Below, piece after piece: positions 39,766-52,266 of a DNA stretch of 64,000 nucleotides. How positions within the stretch are numbered: the stretch's first letter is position 1; every line of letters begins with the position of its first letter. The stretch is from Schmidtea nova (taxonomy: Eukaryota). A model generated the notes under the pieces. It was not told the DNA's origin and did no database searches. It saw only the letters and a program-made list of their open reading frames with translations. The translations under genes were made by a program, and so were the position numbers. The stretch spans positions 421,414,001 through 421,478,000 of the forward strand of contig CM097883.1 of assembly GCA_044892505.1 (NCBI GenBank), given 5' to 3'.

Positions 39766-42495
39766 GTTAGTCAACTGTGTATTTCATAATTTAAAAACTA
39801 TCAGGATGTGTGCATGAATTTTAATAAGCTACACCTGTTTTCGTTCAATAAAAGTATCTATAATATAAAAATAAATAACAAATAGCAAATGATAACTTAC
39901 GCTGATGTTAACTGTTAATTTTTCGTAGTTTAAAAGATTTATTATGTGGTAGACATTCTGTAAGAAAAAATAAAATATACACACAACACATAATGAAAAT
40001 TGCATGCAAACTTTTAAAGGTGCTATTTTTTACGCATTTAAAAGGCTATAATAAATTTATTTATTTTTAAAATATGGTTTTTGAGTAAATATTTGGAATA
40101 TTTCCTAGGGGAGTGTCGAGAAAATGGATAGATAACATCGTAAATTTTATTTTAATATAAAATTTCATATATTTCCAAACATTATTTGCAAATTTTTCCG
40201 TTTTCAATAGCCAAAAAATAATTCCGTCTAATTATTTTCAAATTACAAACATATTTACACTTCAATTTAGATCATTTTGAAGCTTCAAATGATATAGGAC
40301 AATAAAATTTGGCAATTCTTGAAATAAAAATTAAACTTAATTAAATTATTTCTTGGAATATCCAGAAAAATATATTTAAAAAATAGAAATAATTATAATA
40401 ATTCTTATTTAAAAATGATTTTTTAACTTACATTAAATGAAAAAAATTCATGAAAATTCATGAAAAAAAATCATGATTTCCTGGAAAGTATTTAAAAATT
40501 AAATAAAAATAAGTGTAGAAAAATATAATGGAAATATTCGGAGACTGATTAATTTAATTAATAAACTTTTGTTAAAAAATATTTTTACTTACGTTTAATG
40601 TAAAATACTTCCAAAAAAGTTCATAAAAAATCATATTTTTCTAAAAAGCTAATAACTATAAAATAAAAATAATATTAGCTTCTATTGTGACCTTATATCA
40701 TTGTAAGATCAATATAGAATCCTTAAAAGATATCTAGATAAATAAAATTACCTGATAGCCATTTTTAAAAAATGGCTCAATGAAAAATAAATGACTAAAT
40801 GAATTAAAATTAAACAAAGTAACTATGAGTAACAAGTAGTTTTACACACCTACTTGTATCATAGTTTCTTTTNNNNNNNNNNNNNNNNNNNNNNNNNNNN
40901 NNNNNNNNNNNNNNNNNNNNNNNNNNNNNNNNNNNNNNNNNNNNNNNNNNNNNNNNNNNNNNNNNNNNNNNNNNNNNNNNNNNNNNNNNNNNNNNNNNNN
41001 NNNNNNNNNNNNNNNNNNNNNNNNNNNNNNNNNNNNNCCCGATTCATAGGCTTATTATTACATTTAAATCTACCAAAAAAACCTACAAGCGCATATGGAA
41101 GTATGATAAATCCTTGAAATTGAAAAGATAACAATGGCGGGTATAAATTTTTTTAATTCTCTCCTTCCTCTGAAGAAAAAAAATGAAATCTATAGTAAAT
41201 ATTTTAATAAAAAAATTTACAATCAATAAAATAGACGGATTAAAAAATTAGAAATTTATTAAACGGAAATTTGGCAATTAACCTTCTTATCTTAAAGTGA
41301 CGAGATGTCCCAGATTTGAGTTGTTTGTCTCTCACTAAAAACTGTCTAGGAAGATTTTCCACATTAGACATGTATCACTTATAACATTTTCGCAATTAAA
41401 TATTTTAACATTTTCGCAAAATTTATGTTTCCTCTACTTTATATTAAAAAGCGCTTTCTTATTAAGCAGCAACAAATGCGGTATCAAATAATTTGTAGTA
41501 CAAATGTAGCAACAAATGTTTGGCGTTTAACCAATATTTGTTGATTTGTATATTGGAATATTTTAACTGTCAAAATTTATTTATTCTTATTATTGTTAGA
41601 GGTATGGATTGTGAATTTTTTTTACTAGGAACTACTGTAACCCACACCTTCATGAAAATGTTAAAAGTACTTCACCGATGTAACCAAAATTTTTGCTTGG
41701 TAAACTAGTGGTGCAAGAATTCAATGAGCAGGTGATATTTGTTGACAAAACTACTCGTTAGTCAATTTTCTCTTTCAGGTTCCTGCTGCAGATAGAAACT
41801 CTTACGCTAATAATTACTCTAAACTTTAAAGGTCCTCTTAAATTTATCAACTCGTGACTTTCTTTATCCTCACTTTATCCACTCAAAGGTCTATCTATTT
41901 ATTCCCAAAAAATATCTGAATAACGCCCCCCTTATTTCCTTTACCCTAACCTATTTATAAAATTGAATATGGCGATGGTTAGAAGACTTGCCCCGACTAT
42001 TCGGTTCAAGATCATGTACCCGACATGTAACTCCTGGCCTTTGAGATGACAGAGCTCCTACTAAACTCAGTTTAATAGAGACAGTCAAATGATACAAAGC
42101 ATTAATCAACAAATAAATTCAAAATATTTATTAAACATTACATAAAAACTGCTAAATTATTACTTATACAAACAATAATACATATTTGTTCCGTTCCACT
42201 AGAGTGATTAACTTCAATACCGCTGTGGGCTGGCGAGCGAGATAATAATTGAAAAATCACTGTCAGCAAAACTAAGTTAAAGTTATGATTTTCAGCCTCT
42301 ATTTATACTATTTTTGTGTGACACATACGCAGTCTGTTCATTAAATAAGCATATTTATAATTTAATTTATATATTTAATATTAATAAATGAATTATTTAC
42401 TTGTTTTGAAGTAAATTTAGTTTTATAATTTATTATATTTATTTTCTAAATATTTCTTTTTAATTCTACGAAATGTTGCGTGTGTCCAAAATGAC

Positions 42496-42538
42496 GTCAT
42501 TTTGTGCATGTCATTTTGTGCACGTCATTTTGTGCACG
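42496..42538 (+). repeat. 14-bp tandem repeat x3 (GTCATTTTGTGCAY)
   Basis: Seen directly. Confidence 0.9.
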
Positions 42539-43469
42539 TTAATTGATTAATTTATCGAATTTTCCTATTTTTGTCCATATCTCTGTTATTTTAACGATTT
42601 CTTCTTTAATTTTTAGTAAATTATTCTCTTTATTTAAATAATAATTTTATTCTTCGATCATGCTTTTTACTAGCAATGATCTTCCCATTCAATTCTCGTG
42701 CAGTCTTTTGTATGTAAATTTGACATGCACTCAAATTATGTGCTCTCTTTTGAAATGCTTCTTTTCCATCGTTTTATCCCTAACTTAATCGACTTAGGAA
42801 ATGCGGTTCGCATGTCTGCTATTTTTGCTTTAATATTCTGTATACTCTTGTGCTATTTTCCTGCTTAATGCTTATATGGTTTATTATGAGCTTTAAATTT
42901 TCCTCTTTTTGTGTTTATTTATTTTACTACGCATTAAAACAAAATTTTATTTTCACTTCTACCAGCCCAACATTATATTTTGTTTGTGCATCAAAATGTA
43001 TGTTTTTTAATATTAATTAAGTTATTATAATTCTATATAAATAATATTTAATTTCAAATAGCCATGTTCAAGAAAATACTGCAAATTTACTAACAAGTTA
43101 AAAACTGAATTTACTTTTATAAAAAAAGACAAAATTGAAAACAACGTCCAATGTAATATTTGCAATAGCGACTTCTCGATTATATCGGGTGGTTGAAATT
43201 ACATCCAGAGACATATTTCGTCGGATAAACATAAACAAGCATTATTAATTGCATTTCTTCCCGCTAATGTGTTAAGCTTTTTTAAAAATTTTGATTTGAA
43301 CATCTCCCGCATTCCAATAAAAATATCTTGTCACTTTATTTTTATCTCTTTTTCAAAAGTCTTTTTTATTTGTTTTAAAAAAAGTTTTTATTTTTAATAA
43401 AGAAAATTATAAAAAACATAGAAAAATTTAACAGAAATTAAAATGAAAATGAAAAAGATGTATTTTATG

Positions 43470-46400
43470 TTATCTGAAGACATAAAATTCGTTTTTTTAA
43501 ATTCTATTACTTTATTACAATTTCTAAATTAAAACAAAATATTTGTTTTTAATTTATTTGAAATATTAATTACAAGATAATTAATATTCCAATATAACTC
43601 CTATCCAAGATTCATTGCGTCTGCTGCTCGTTTTCTACACACGGCTTGAGTCTGTCAATTGAAATTCTCTTTATAGATCCATCCAGATTGATTATCATCG
43701 TATTTTTGTCGGATGATCTTTCTATAACATTATATGGTCCTGTGTACGGATTCTCGAGTGTTTTTCTGAATTCGTAGCGCAGTCAAACCTTACTACAACT
43801 CGAGAGAAGTTTATTGATGTATGTAGCTTATTTCTGTTTTGAACACGGCGCATCCTCTTCTCCATTTTCATCTATTAGCTTCTGAATTGATTCAATATCT
43901 TCTTCGTCGCATGGAATTTGTTAAGTGATTACAAAATCTCCTGGAAGTCTGGTTGTTTGTCCAAATGTGAGTTTGGCCACCGATGGTTTGCCGCCTGATC
44001 TCTTACAGTTGCGAAGGCTTAAAAGAATCTTTGGAAGGTCTTCAGCCCATGTTCTTGAAGCATTATTTGAATGCGCTCGAATAGAGTTTTTTATTGATCT
44101 ATGCCATCTCTCTATTTTACCATTTGATTGAGGGTGATATGTAGTCGTTCTATGTCTTTCAATTCCTTTTTCGACACAAAATTGTCGAAATTTCTCTGAC
44201 TCGAATTGCGTTCCTTGGTCTGTAATGACAATGTGTGGTGTACCAAATATACTTATCCACTCCCTTTCAAATGTTTTCAGGATCATGTCGGATGTTATAT
44301 CATAGAGAGGAATTGCTTCGACCCACGATGTTCCTCTGTCTATCATGGTTAGAATATATCGTTTATTGTTTACAACTGGAAGGGGTCCGACGATATCCAG
44401 GTGAACTGTATGAAATCTTCCTTTTGTTGGTATTTCTCCAATGGGTGTTTTGGTATGTCTAGATATCTTGGCTACCTGACATTTCTGGCATTGTCTGCAC
44501 CACTCTCTTATATCGCTCTTCATTCTTGGCCAGACATAACGTTCTTTCATTAAATGTATGGTCGATTTGTCTCCTGGGTGAGATATTCGGTGAATTCTTT
44601 CAAATTCCGGAAATCTGTACATCTTTGGTAGAATCACTCTTGGGCTTCCTTGGGATGTATCGACTAATATGTTGTTTTCAGTGATTGCTAGTTCAAGTTC
44701 GCCATCCTTTAATACTTGTAGTATCTGGTATTTGGATTGTTCTTCTATTAAGTCTGAGGTTGATATTCCGATTAGATGTATACTGGTTTCTTTTTGTGAT
44801 GCTTTTATGTTGGGTCTTGACAGTATATCAGCTACCACGTTGTCGACTCCTTTTACGAATTCCCATTGGAAGTCAAATCGGCTTAGAAATTCGATGGTTC
44901 TTTCATATTCAGAACTCGGAGTAATGGTTTGTGGTCAGTCATGACAGTGAATTTTGATTCGTCTAAATAATGTTGAAAATGTTTAATTGATAAATGAACT
45001 GCCAGAAATTCCCGGTCAAATGTCGAGTATCTTGTCTCGGCATCCGTTAATTTCCTAGAGAAGAAGGCAATGGGTGTATAGTTTTCACTATTTCTCCTCT
45101 GGTTTAAACTTGTTCCTACAGCAATGGAGGAAGCGTCTGTCTGTAATATGAACGGCAGTTTTTCATCAGGCTATTTGAGATGTGTCATGGAGTTAAGTTG
45201 TCGTTTTGCTTCTTCAAACGCATCATTGTGGACCTTCAACCACAAATAGTTATTTCTATCTTTAATCGATGATGATACCAATTGATGTAGGGGAGATAGG
45301 ATCGATGATAGATGTGGTATTTGCCAAAGATAGTATCCTATGCTCCCGATGAAGCGCATGAGTTCCTTTAAGTTGTCGGGTTTTTAAGTTGTCATGATAG
45401 CATCAACCCTATGTTGTGTTGGCCTGATTCTTGATGCCGAAATATTAAATCCTAAGAAATCGACATTTGTTTTCTCCCATTCACATTTGTCTTTATTGAT
45501 TTTCAGGCCAGCGACGATTAGTGTTTGCATCACACTCTTTACATTGTCACGATGTTCCTCCACATTGTTCGAGAATATCAGCACATCATCAATGTAATTG
45601 AGACAATATCGCCTCGTCTTGGACAGCGTATCGTCCATGTATCGATGAAACGTCTGTGATGCATTCCTAAGGCCGAACCGTATCTTTACATACTCGAATA
45701 GGCAAAAAGCGGGATCACCGCTGTCTTCGAGGTATCCATGGGATGGATTGGGATTTGGTGGTATGCCTTCTTCAGATCTAGTTTCGTGAAATATTTGCTA
45801 CCAGATATTCTGTCTAAAATATCATTAATTCTAGGTAATGGATATTTATCTGCTTTCGTAATTTCATTCAAGAGTCGGTAATCTCCACAAGGCCTCCAAG
45901 TGACATCTCCATTTTTTACTATTACTAGTGATGAAGCCCATTCGCTTTTGCTGTGGCTTATGATCCCAGCAGCCAGAAGTCTGTCAAATTCTTCCTTAGT
46001 GGCTTTGAGTTTGTCCCCGAAGAGTCTTCGTTGACGTTGGGCTACTGGAATTCCGGAGGTGTTTATACGAAGATTTGTTTTTGGTTTTATAATGTTTTGC
46101 TCGGAACTCTCGGATTCTGCTATGTCTCGGTAGAATTGAATGTTTGATACATATATTTTCTTGCTTGTACTTTCGTTGGATTTTGATTTGAATGTTGTTC
46201 TGGTACTGCAATCTACATTTATTCTAACGTGCGATAGAAACTCAGCGCCTATTATTAGCTTTGTGACGCTTGCTACGGTAAACGTCCATTTAAATTTGTT
46301 ACTGAAACCATCAATTGTGAAATGTAACGTTTTCTCACCACTACACTGTATCGGAGTGTTGTTCGCAGATACTAAACATCGATTGGTGCTGCATTTGCTG

Positions 46401-47426
46401 TCGGCCTCAAATGAAGACATTGGTATTACACTGATGTCAGCTCCAGTGTCAATAAGAAAGTCAATGAATCGGTCCTTAAGTTTCGCTTTGATATTAAAAA
46501 TATTTGAGTTGGTGCCTGAGTGTGTTGATACTATTCGGCAGGTTTCATTCCTCAGGTTTAATGAAACCTCTTCCCATTTCCCTGGTCCTGATTGAATGTT
46601 TTATTGGTCCAACAGCAGGGCTGCTGACATTTTCTTGCTCGCTCTCCAAACTTCTTGTGATAGATTCTGGTTTGTTGATTGCTCGTCTGAGTGCATTCAG
46701 TTCTTCACGCAGCATGGAAATCTCGCTGAGTATTTTTGTCTTCTTCTGTTACGGCTGTTATGTTGTTTCTCTGACTAGTACATTTGTTGAAGGCTATGAT
46801 TTTGTCAACGAGCATGGCTAAAGAGTGGAAATTGTTCTCTGGTTGAGATAATAGATAGGATTGTATGTCCTTTGGTAGAACTCCACAAAAGTATTTCACG
46901 AGCGATTGTGCCATTGTGATCAATAGTATGATCAAAGAGCTGAAGATGTATTTAGATTTGACGAAGGGCCTCCGTTGGCATTCTATCTCTCAAAGATTAT
47001 TCCATCATGATGTCTGAAAGGGAGATATTGTTGTTCTGCGTGTAGTCATCAATGATAGCTGCTTTGAGATTGCTGTATGCCAGACGGTTATTGCCATCTA
47101 GCAAATGTTGATATTTTGAGAGTGTTTCAGATGGCAGGTTGCATATCAAGTGGAAATATTTAGTGGCCTCCTCTGAGATTCTTGATAATTGAAAACTGGC
47201 ATTGACTTGAGCAAACTATAGATTCCAATTGGCGAAGGGTGCTGGAATCTTGACAGAAACATTTGCGAGTTGAAGGCTGCTGACACCATTTATTATTAGT
47301 TTATCTGAAGACATAAAACTCGTTTTTTTAAAATGCTATTATTTTATTACAATTTCTAAATTAAAACAAAATATTTGTTTTTAATTTATTTGAAATATTA
47401 ATTACAAGATAATTAATATTCCAATA
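43470..47426 (-). mobile_element. Ty3/Gypsy LTR retrotransposon (gag-PR-RT-RNaseH-IN), decayed, flanked by ~125-bp direct repeats at 43470-43594 and 47301-47426
   Basis: Gag W.L.FAQVNASF...EEATKYFH; protease FLIDTGADIS; RT WRPCGDYRLLN, LDLKKAYHQIP, YIDDVLI; RNase H LQTDAS, AFFSRKL, TDHKP; integrase HLDIVGPLP, TDQGTQF, YHPQSNGKIERWH; tail YTGPY. Multiple frameshifts and stops. Confidence 0.93.
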
Positions 47427-48131
47427 ATGTACAAAGAAGTAAGCATGAAATAACAAAAAAATGAACCAAAAACAATAGAAATTATGCTAGGAAGCGAAAT
47501 TCAAATAATTTTAAAGATATTTTAAAAGTTTAAAATGAAGAAATTTTCAAGGAAAAACATTTAGAATTAATTTTAAAATTAAAATAGCTTAAATGTAATA
47601 TTAAATTTAAATTTTTGAATGAATAAAAATTTTTTAGACCTAAATATTAAATTATTTTGTAAAATAAATAAAATTATTTAGCAAATGTGAAAAACGACCT
47701 TAAATTTAGTTTTAACTGATCAACAAAAATACATGGACAAAAGTGGTATATAAACTGAACTTTTGTCATTAGTTCATCATAATTTTGGATATAAAAGTTT
47801 AAATTTAATATTTGAGGTCTTAAATTTTGCAATTTTGAAAAAAACATTGTCAAAACTATTTAAAATCATACATGATCAGAATTAAAAATACTTTAAAGAA
47901 TAAACTCAATCCACTTTTATTTATCTTTTGTGATACTCAATAAATTATAGTTCCGAATCAGTCAGCGCTGACTTTTTGCGAATATCCACTCATTGTGCTA
48001 CAATACCAACGTTGTTAGCGACAAGGGGCCAGTGGTAATGTGATTATATAGTTACTAGAAGATCCCGGTGACTTAGTTACACTCCAATAACCCATCATTA
48101 TTAATTTAATTGATTTATATAATCAGTGTAC

Positions 48132-48485
48132 TCAAGCAAACACACAATAACAAACATTGACTCCAGATATGTTGGTATAAGTTTTGGATTGTATGTTTTG
48201 TGCGTGTGTTGTTGGTTGATAATTGGGATGTTGTGCGTTATGTGGTGGCAATTCGTTGTTGGGATATCTTTCGACGTTCTGAGGGAAAGAGTTGTGAGGT
48301 GTATGTGCTGCGTTAACGGTGGAGGGTAGTGGAAGGGCTGCGTAAATATCTGTGCGTGGTTTATGTGGTTGGAATGCGTGAATGCGGTCAGCGATCTTAG
48401 CGAGGTGATATGGGTCTTCAGAGTTGACCAATGCCAGCGAAGCTTGTAGATGGTAAGGGAGTGCAGAAAGGAATTGATGGGTCAA
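48132..48485 (-). pseudogene. Gypsy-type Gag C-terminal remnant
   Basis: FLSALPYHLQASLALVNSEDPYHLAKIADRIH resembles the Gag segment LP..VQ..L......LA..ADKI, which is also seen at ~46800-46900. Confidence 0.55.
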
Positions 48486-48575
48486 TAATGTATTTATAAA
48501 ATAATATTAAAAATATATATAAAATTATCGTAAATATAAATAAAATTTTATTTATAGTAATATAATAAATGATAC

Positions 48576-49191
48576 GTATTGCCATATTATTCGAATTGGT
48601 AAGCATATTGTCATTCAGTTGATTGCTTGGAATTGACGCTGCTGTCGTATTGTTAATTCCTGACATGTCGCTTTGGTGATTAGAAGCATCCGTATTCATC
48701 GAACTATTCGGTTGAGATATTTTATCTTGTTGAATTTGCATTTGTACATTAACATTTGGTGCTGCTCGATGTTGATAATTCATTTGGTTAACATTCCATT
48801 GTATAGGCCCATTATTGGTAGTATTATTGGGAAATTGTTGATCAGAATATGATTGATATTGTGAAAACACAATTTCATGAGAGCCTGGAAACTGATGCTT
48901 CGACTGAGACATTTGATTCGGTTGAATATGATTTGTAATGAAATTGTTGGACTGGTGATTAATCATTGATTGAGAAGACTTAGATTTTTGATGTGACTGA
49001 AACATTGTACTGTTATTATGCTGCTGTTGTTGTGGCTGTTGCTGTGATTGATGCTGTTTAATATGGATGTTTGACGAATGACGATAAATGGAATATGATG
49101 AATTGTACTGTAGCATATTTTGCTTCTGAAAGTTATCAGTTCTGAAACCAATTGTGGGGCTTGGAATTTCGGTTGCCCATACAGCATTTGA
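48576..49191 (-). CDS. Putative Gln/Asn/Ser-rich low-complexity exon of a host gene
   Basis: About 205 open codons inside ORF 48418..49236, with a gtgttacag acceptor and a gtatca donor at the composition boundaries. Confidence 0.5.
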
Positions 49192-49425
49192 CTGTAACAC
49201 AAATATGAAAAAGAAATGATATTGCTTTAGGTGCAAAAATAAATCAAAATAAAATAACCAGTTAACTATTTATTATTCGAATAAAACTGCTTCTTTTCTT
49301 TATAAACTTCAGAGTTTGCGTTGGGCTTTAATTGGGGCTGCTTACATTTATTTAAATTCCTATTCTCTAAGTCTCTTATGTCATTTAAAAAACTATATTT
49401 CTTGGTAAATATATAAATATTTTTA

Positions 49426-49464
<39 letters not shown>

Positions 49465-49467
<3 letters not shown>

Positions 49468-50192
49468 TATGTTATTAATTTTGTTGTTAACGTTTGTTAA
49501 TAATTGTTAATGTTTGTTAAATAATGTTATTTATTATGTAGTTTTATGTTCAAGAGAAAATTATTGAAGAGCCCGAGAGAGTCTCCGATTTAAGTTGGGA
49601 CACTCGAGGGACTTGCCGTGTATTTGTGTGCCTGTAGGTGTGATTGGGTGCGTGAGTATATTGTGTATGCTGCTTACCGATAAAATAAAACAATAACAAA
49701 ATAACAAAAATTTAACACTTTTATTAAGAATTTACAAAGTATAACAACTCACTATTTTGTAAGGAAATTTGATTAGGGATTAAAGTTTCTTTCGTGAATG
49801 GAATACCATTACAATAGTTCGTTTTGTTTACTTTTGGTTATTTATTTCTTTAATTTAGCCGGCTTAGTTATTTTTGATTAGAAAGTTCATAAATTCTTTT
49901 GCATTTATCAATTTTTGTTTTCCTTCGTATTTCTTCTGTTAAATGATTTCTCTTCTTATTTCTCTTTTGATATTTCTTCTGATATAGTTTTTTGTCTGTT
50001 TCTGATTTTGGGGATTTAATAATTTTTAATGTCCTTGGTAATTTATTTTTTTAAATCCATTTGTTTTTTATTGATTTTTTAATTTCATAATTTCATAATT
50101 TTAATTTCTTCTCGCATTTACATATATTATTCCTACTTAATAACATTTCCTCGACCACAGCAATGCAAAAATAAAAAGGGGGTTATCCGGTG
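49465..50192 (+). repeat. Hairpin repeat family, copy D (hairpin at 49572-49610, G-tract at 50178-50182)
   Basis: Collinear with copy A and begins at a (TA)n tract. Confidence 0.75.
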
Positions 50193-50297
50193 TCTATATA
50201 CATGTTTCAATTTATGTGTTGTGTTATATGTTTATGTATTATTTTTAACAACTCACGCTAAAAATATAAAAATATACAAAGATCATATGTTTGCATG

Positions 50298-51817
50298 CTA
50301 TGTAGGGTTGTGTTGTTTGAGGCATTGGCTGTAAAGCTTTTTGTATGGGGTGATTATCGCGTTTTTGTCGAATTCTTTTTTTGCGTTTCTACTGTTGAAT
50401 GTTATATGCTTTTTCTTTGTTTGGATTTCGTTGTGTGAACGGTTGCATGGTTGGTTGCATGGAGGTTGTTGATTGTGGTGGTATGGTTTCGTTCTGCGTA
50501 TATTTATTCTTCTTTTGTTGTTGTTTTTTATTATTGTGGCCACGTTTTTGTTGATTTCGAGTATTTTGAATGGGCCTTCGTATTCGTCTTCGGAACCTTT
50601 TGTGTATGGCTTCTTTATTAGTAAATAATCGGTTGTTAGTATTATCTTGCCATCGTTCTCTGAGTTTGGTCTCTTTTTTAGTATTCCTTTTAATTTGTTT
50701 TCGATGTTCTCACTGTTTTTAGTTGTTATTTGTTTATTTATTTGTTTGTTGTTTTTTATGTTTGCTTTCTCGTCGAAAGTTGCTGGTATGATAAGTTTGT
50801 CGGCTTTCTCCAGTAGTTTGTTTATTTCTGGGCCATGATTCAGGTTTTGTTTTGTTTTGTTGTTTGTTGGACCCATTTGGATAACACCAATCTTTATTTT
50901 TGAATTGGTTGTCGCCATGGTTTTGACAGTTTCTTTGTTTGTGCTTGTATTTTCAGTTAGTGTTTTATTTCGGCAGTCTACTGTGAGGTTATAGTGTGCC
51001 AGGAAGTCAGCTCCTATTATGGATTGTTGAACATCAGCGATTATGAATGTCCAACTGCATTTCTTTGAATTAATTGTTAGAGTTAGGGTGTGTTCACCAA
51101 ATGTTTTTATGCTTGTGCCATTGGCTGCAGTTATATGTTTTTCTGCGTTTTTTGAGTTTTTGTGCGGGTAGTGGGGTAATAAGGAGATCACAGAACCTGT
51201 GTCAATTAGGAATTCTGTGTTATTTGAGTGCACCATAAATGTATTGTTTTTGTCACCAAATGTGTGTGCGACTACTGGCAATGTTTCCAGTTTTTTTGTA
51301 TTTGTTTTGTCAAATGTAGGAGCAACTAATGGCAAACTTTTCAATTTTTCTGAATTGTTTTCGTTATATCTGCATGGTTTTGTGCATTTGAATGCCTTTT
51401 CTCCAAATTTGCTATGGAAGTAACACCATTCTCGGTTTGATATTCTGATTTCTGGTTTCCAGAATTTTTGTTTATTTTCAATTTCTTTGTTTTATTGTTG
51501 TAAAAGTCTTGGTGTTGATTTCCCGAGTTTGGCTTTGGCCTATTGAACCTATACTGTGCTTGATTTGGACAGTAGTTTTGTTTTAGGATTTTTTCTTTAA
51601 TTTCTTTTAGTTCTGATTTGAAACGTTTATTTTCAGTTGCTATTTTGTCAAGTTGACTTATTAAAATACTAAGAATTTTATTTGTTTCGCTAAATTCTGT
51701 TCTTTCATTTTCCTCCTCATTTTGTTCATGGTTGGATGTTTTATTTTTGTTGTCATGAGTACTGTTTATACTGGGGTAATTTCCTGCATTTATTTTATCG
51801 ACCATGTCTGTCAGCAT
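50298..51817 (-). mobile_element. Internally deleted Gypsy-like element: Gag, aspartic protease and integrase C-terminal tail; no RT, RNase H or IN core
   Basis: WCYFHSKFGEKAFKCTKPC (51411-51428, in frame with the 348-aa ORF), FLIDTGSVISLLP, IIGADFL, then YEGPFKILE...INIRRTKPY with no RT motifs in between. Confidence 0.8.
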
Positions 51818-52266
51818 TTTATTTTCTGTTTCGTTATTTTTAGTTGCTGGCTTGTAACTTGTGTTGCGTGTAAGTACAAATAATTCAAAACAGAAAATTC
51901 AAATAACTAACAAACAAAACTAATTAATTTTTTAAACTTTTATTATTAAAAATTTGTAAACACGTACTCACGTAATTTCGCAAATAAAGTAGACCTTTTT
52001 TTAAAGTTCGATTTTAGGAATGTTTTGAAGTTTCTTTAATATTTCCTTGGATATATTTTTTCTTTTATATAATTGCTCTAATTCTCTTTTAGCTCTCTAG
52101 CTGCTTGGTATTTGTTCCTTTTTTTACTCGGCTCGTTGGATATTTTAATTCGTCAAAAACGATGGTTGGATGTTTTATTTTTGTTGTCATGAGTACTGTT
52201 TATACTGGGGTAATTTCCTGCATTTATTTTATCGACCATGTCTGTCAGCATTTTATTTTCTGTTTC
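51728..52266. repeat. 105-bp direct repeat (51728-51832 and 52162-52266)
   Basis: ATGGTTGGATGTTTTATTTTTGTTGTCATGAG...TTTTCTGTTTC occurs twice. Confidence 0.9.
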
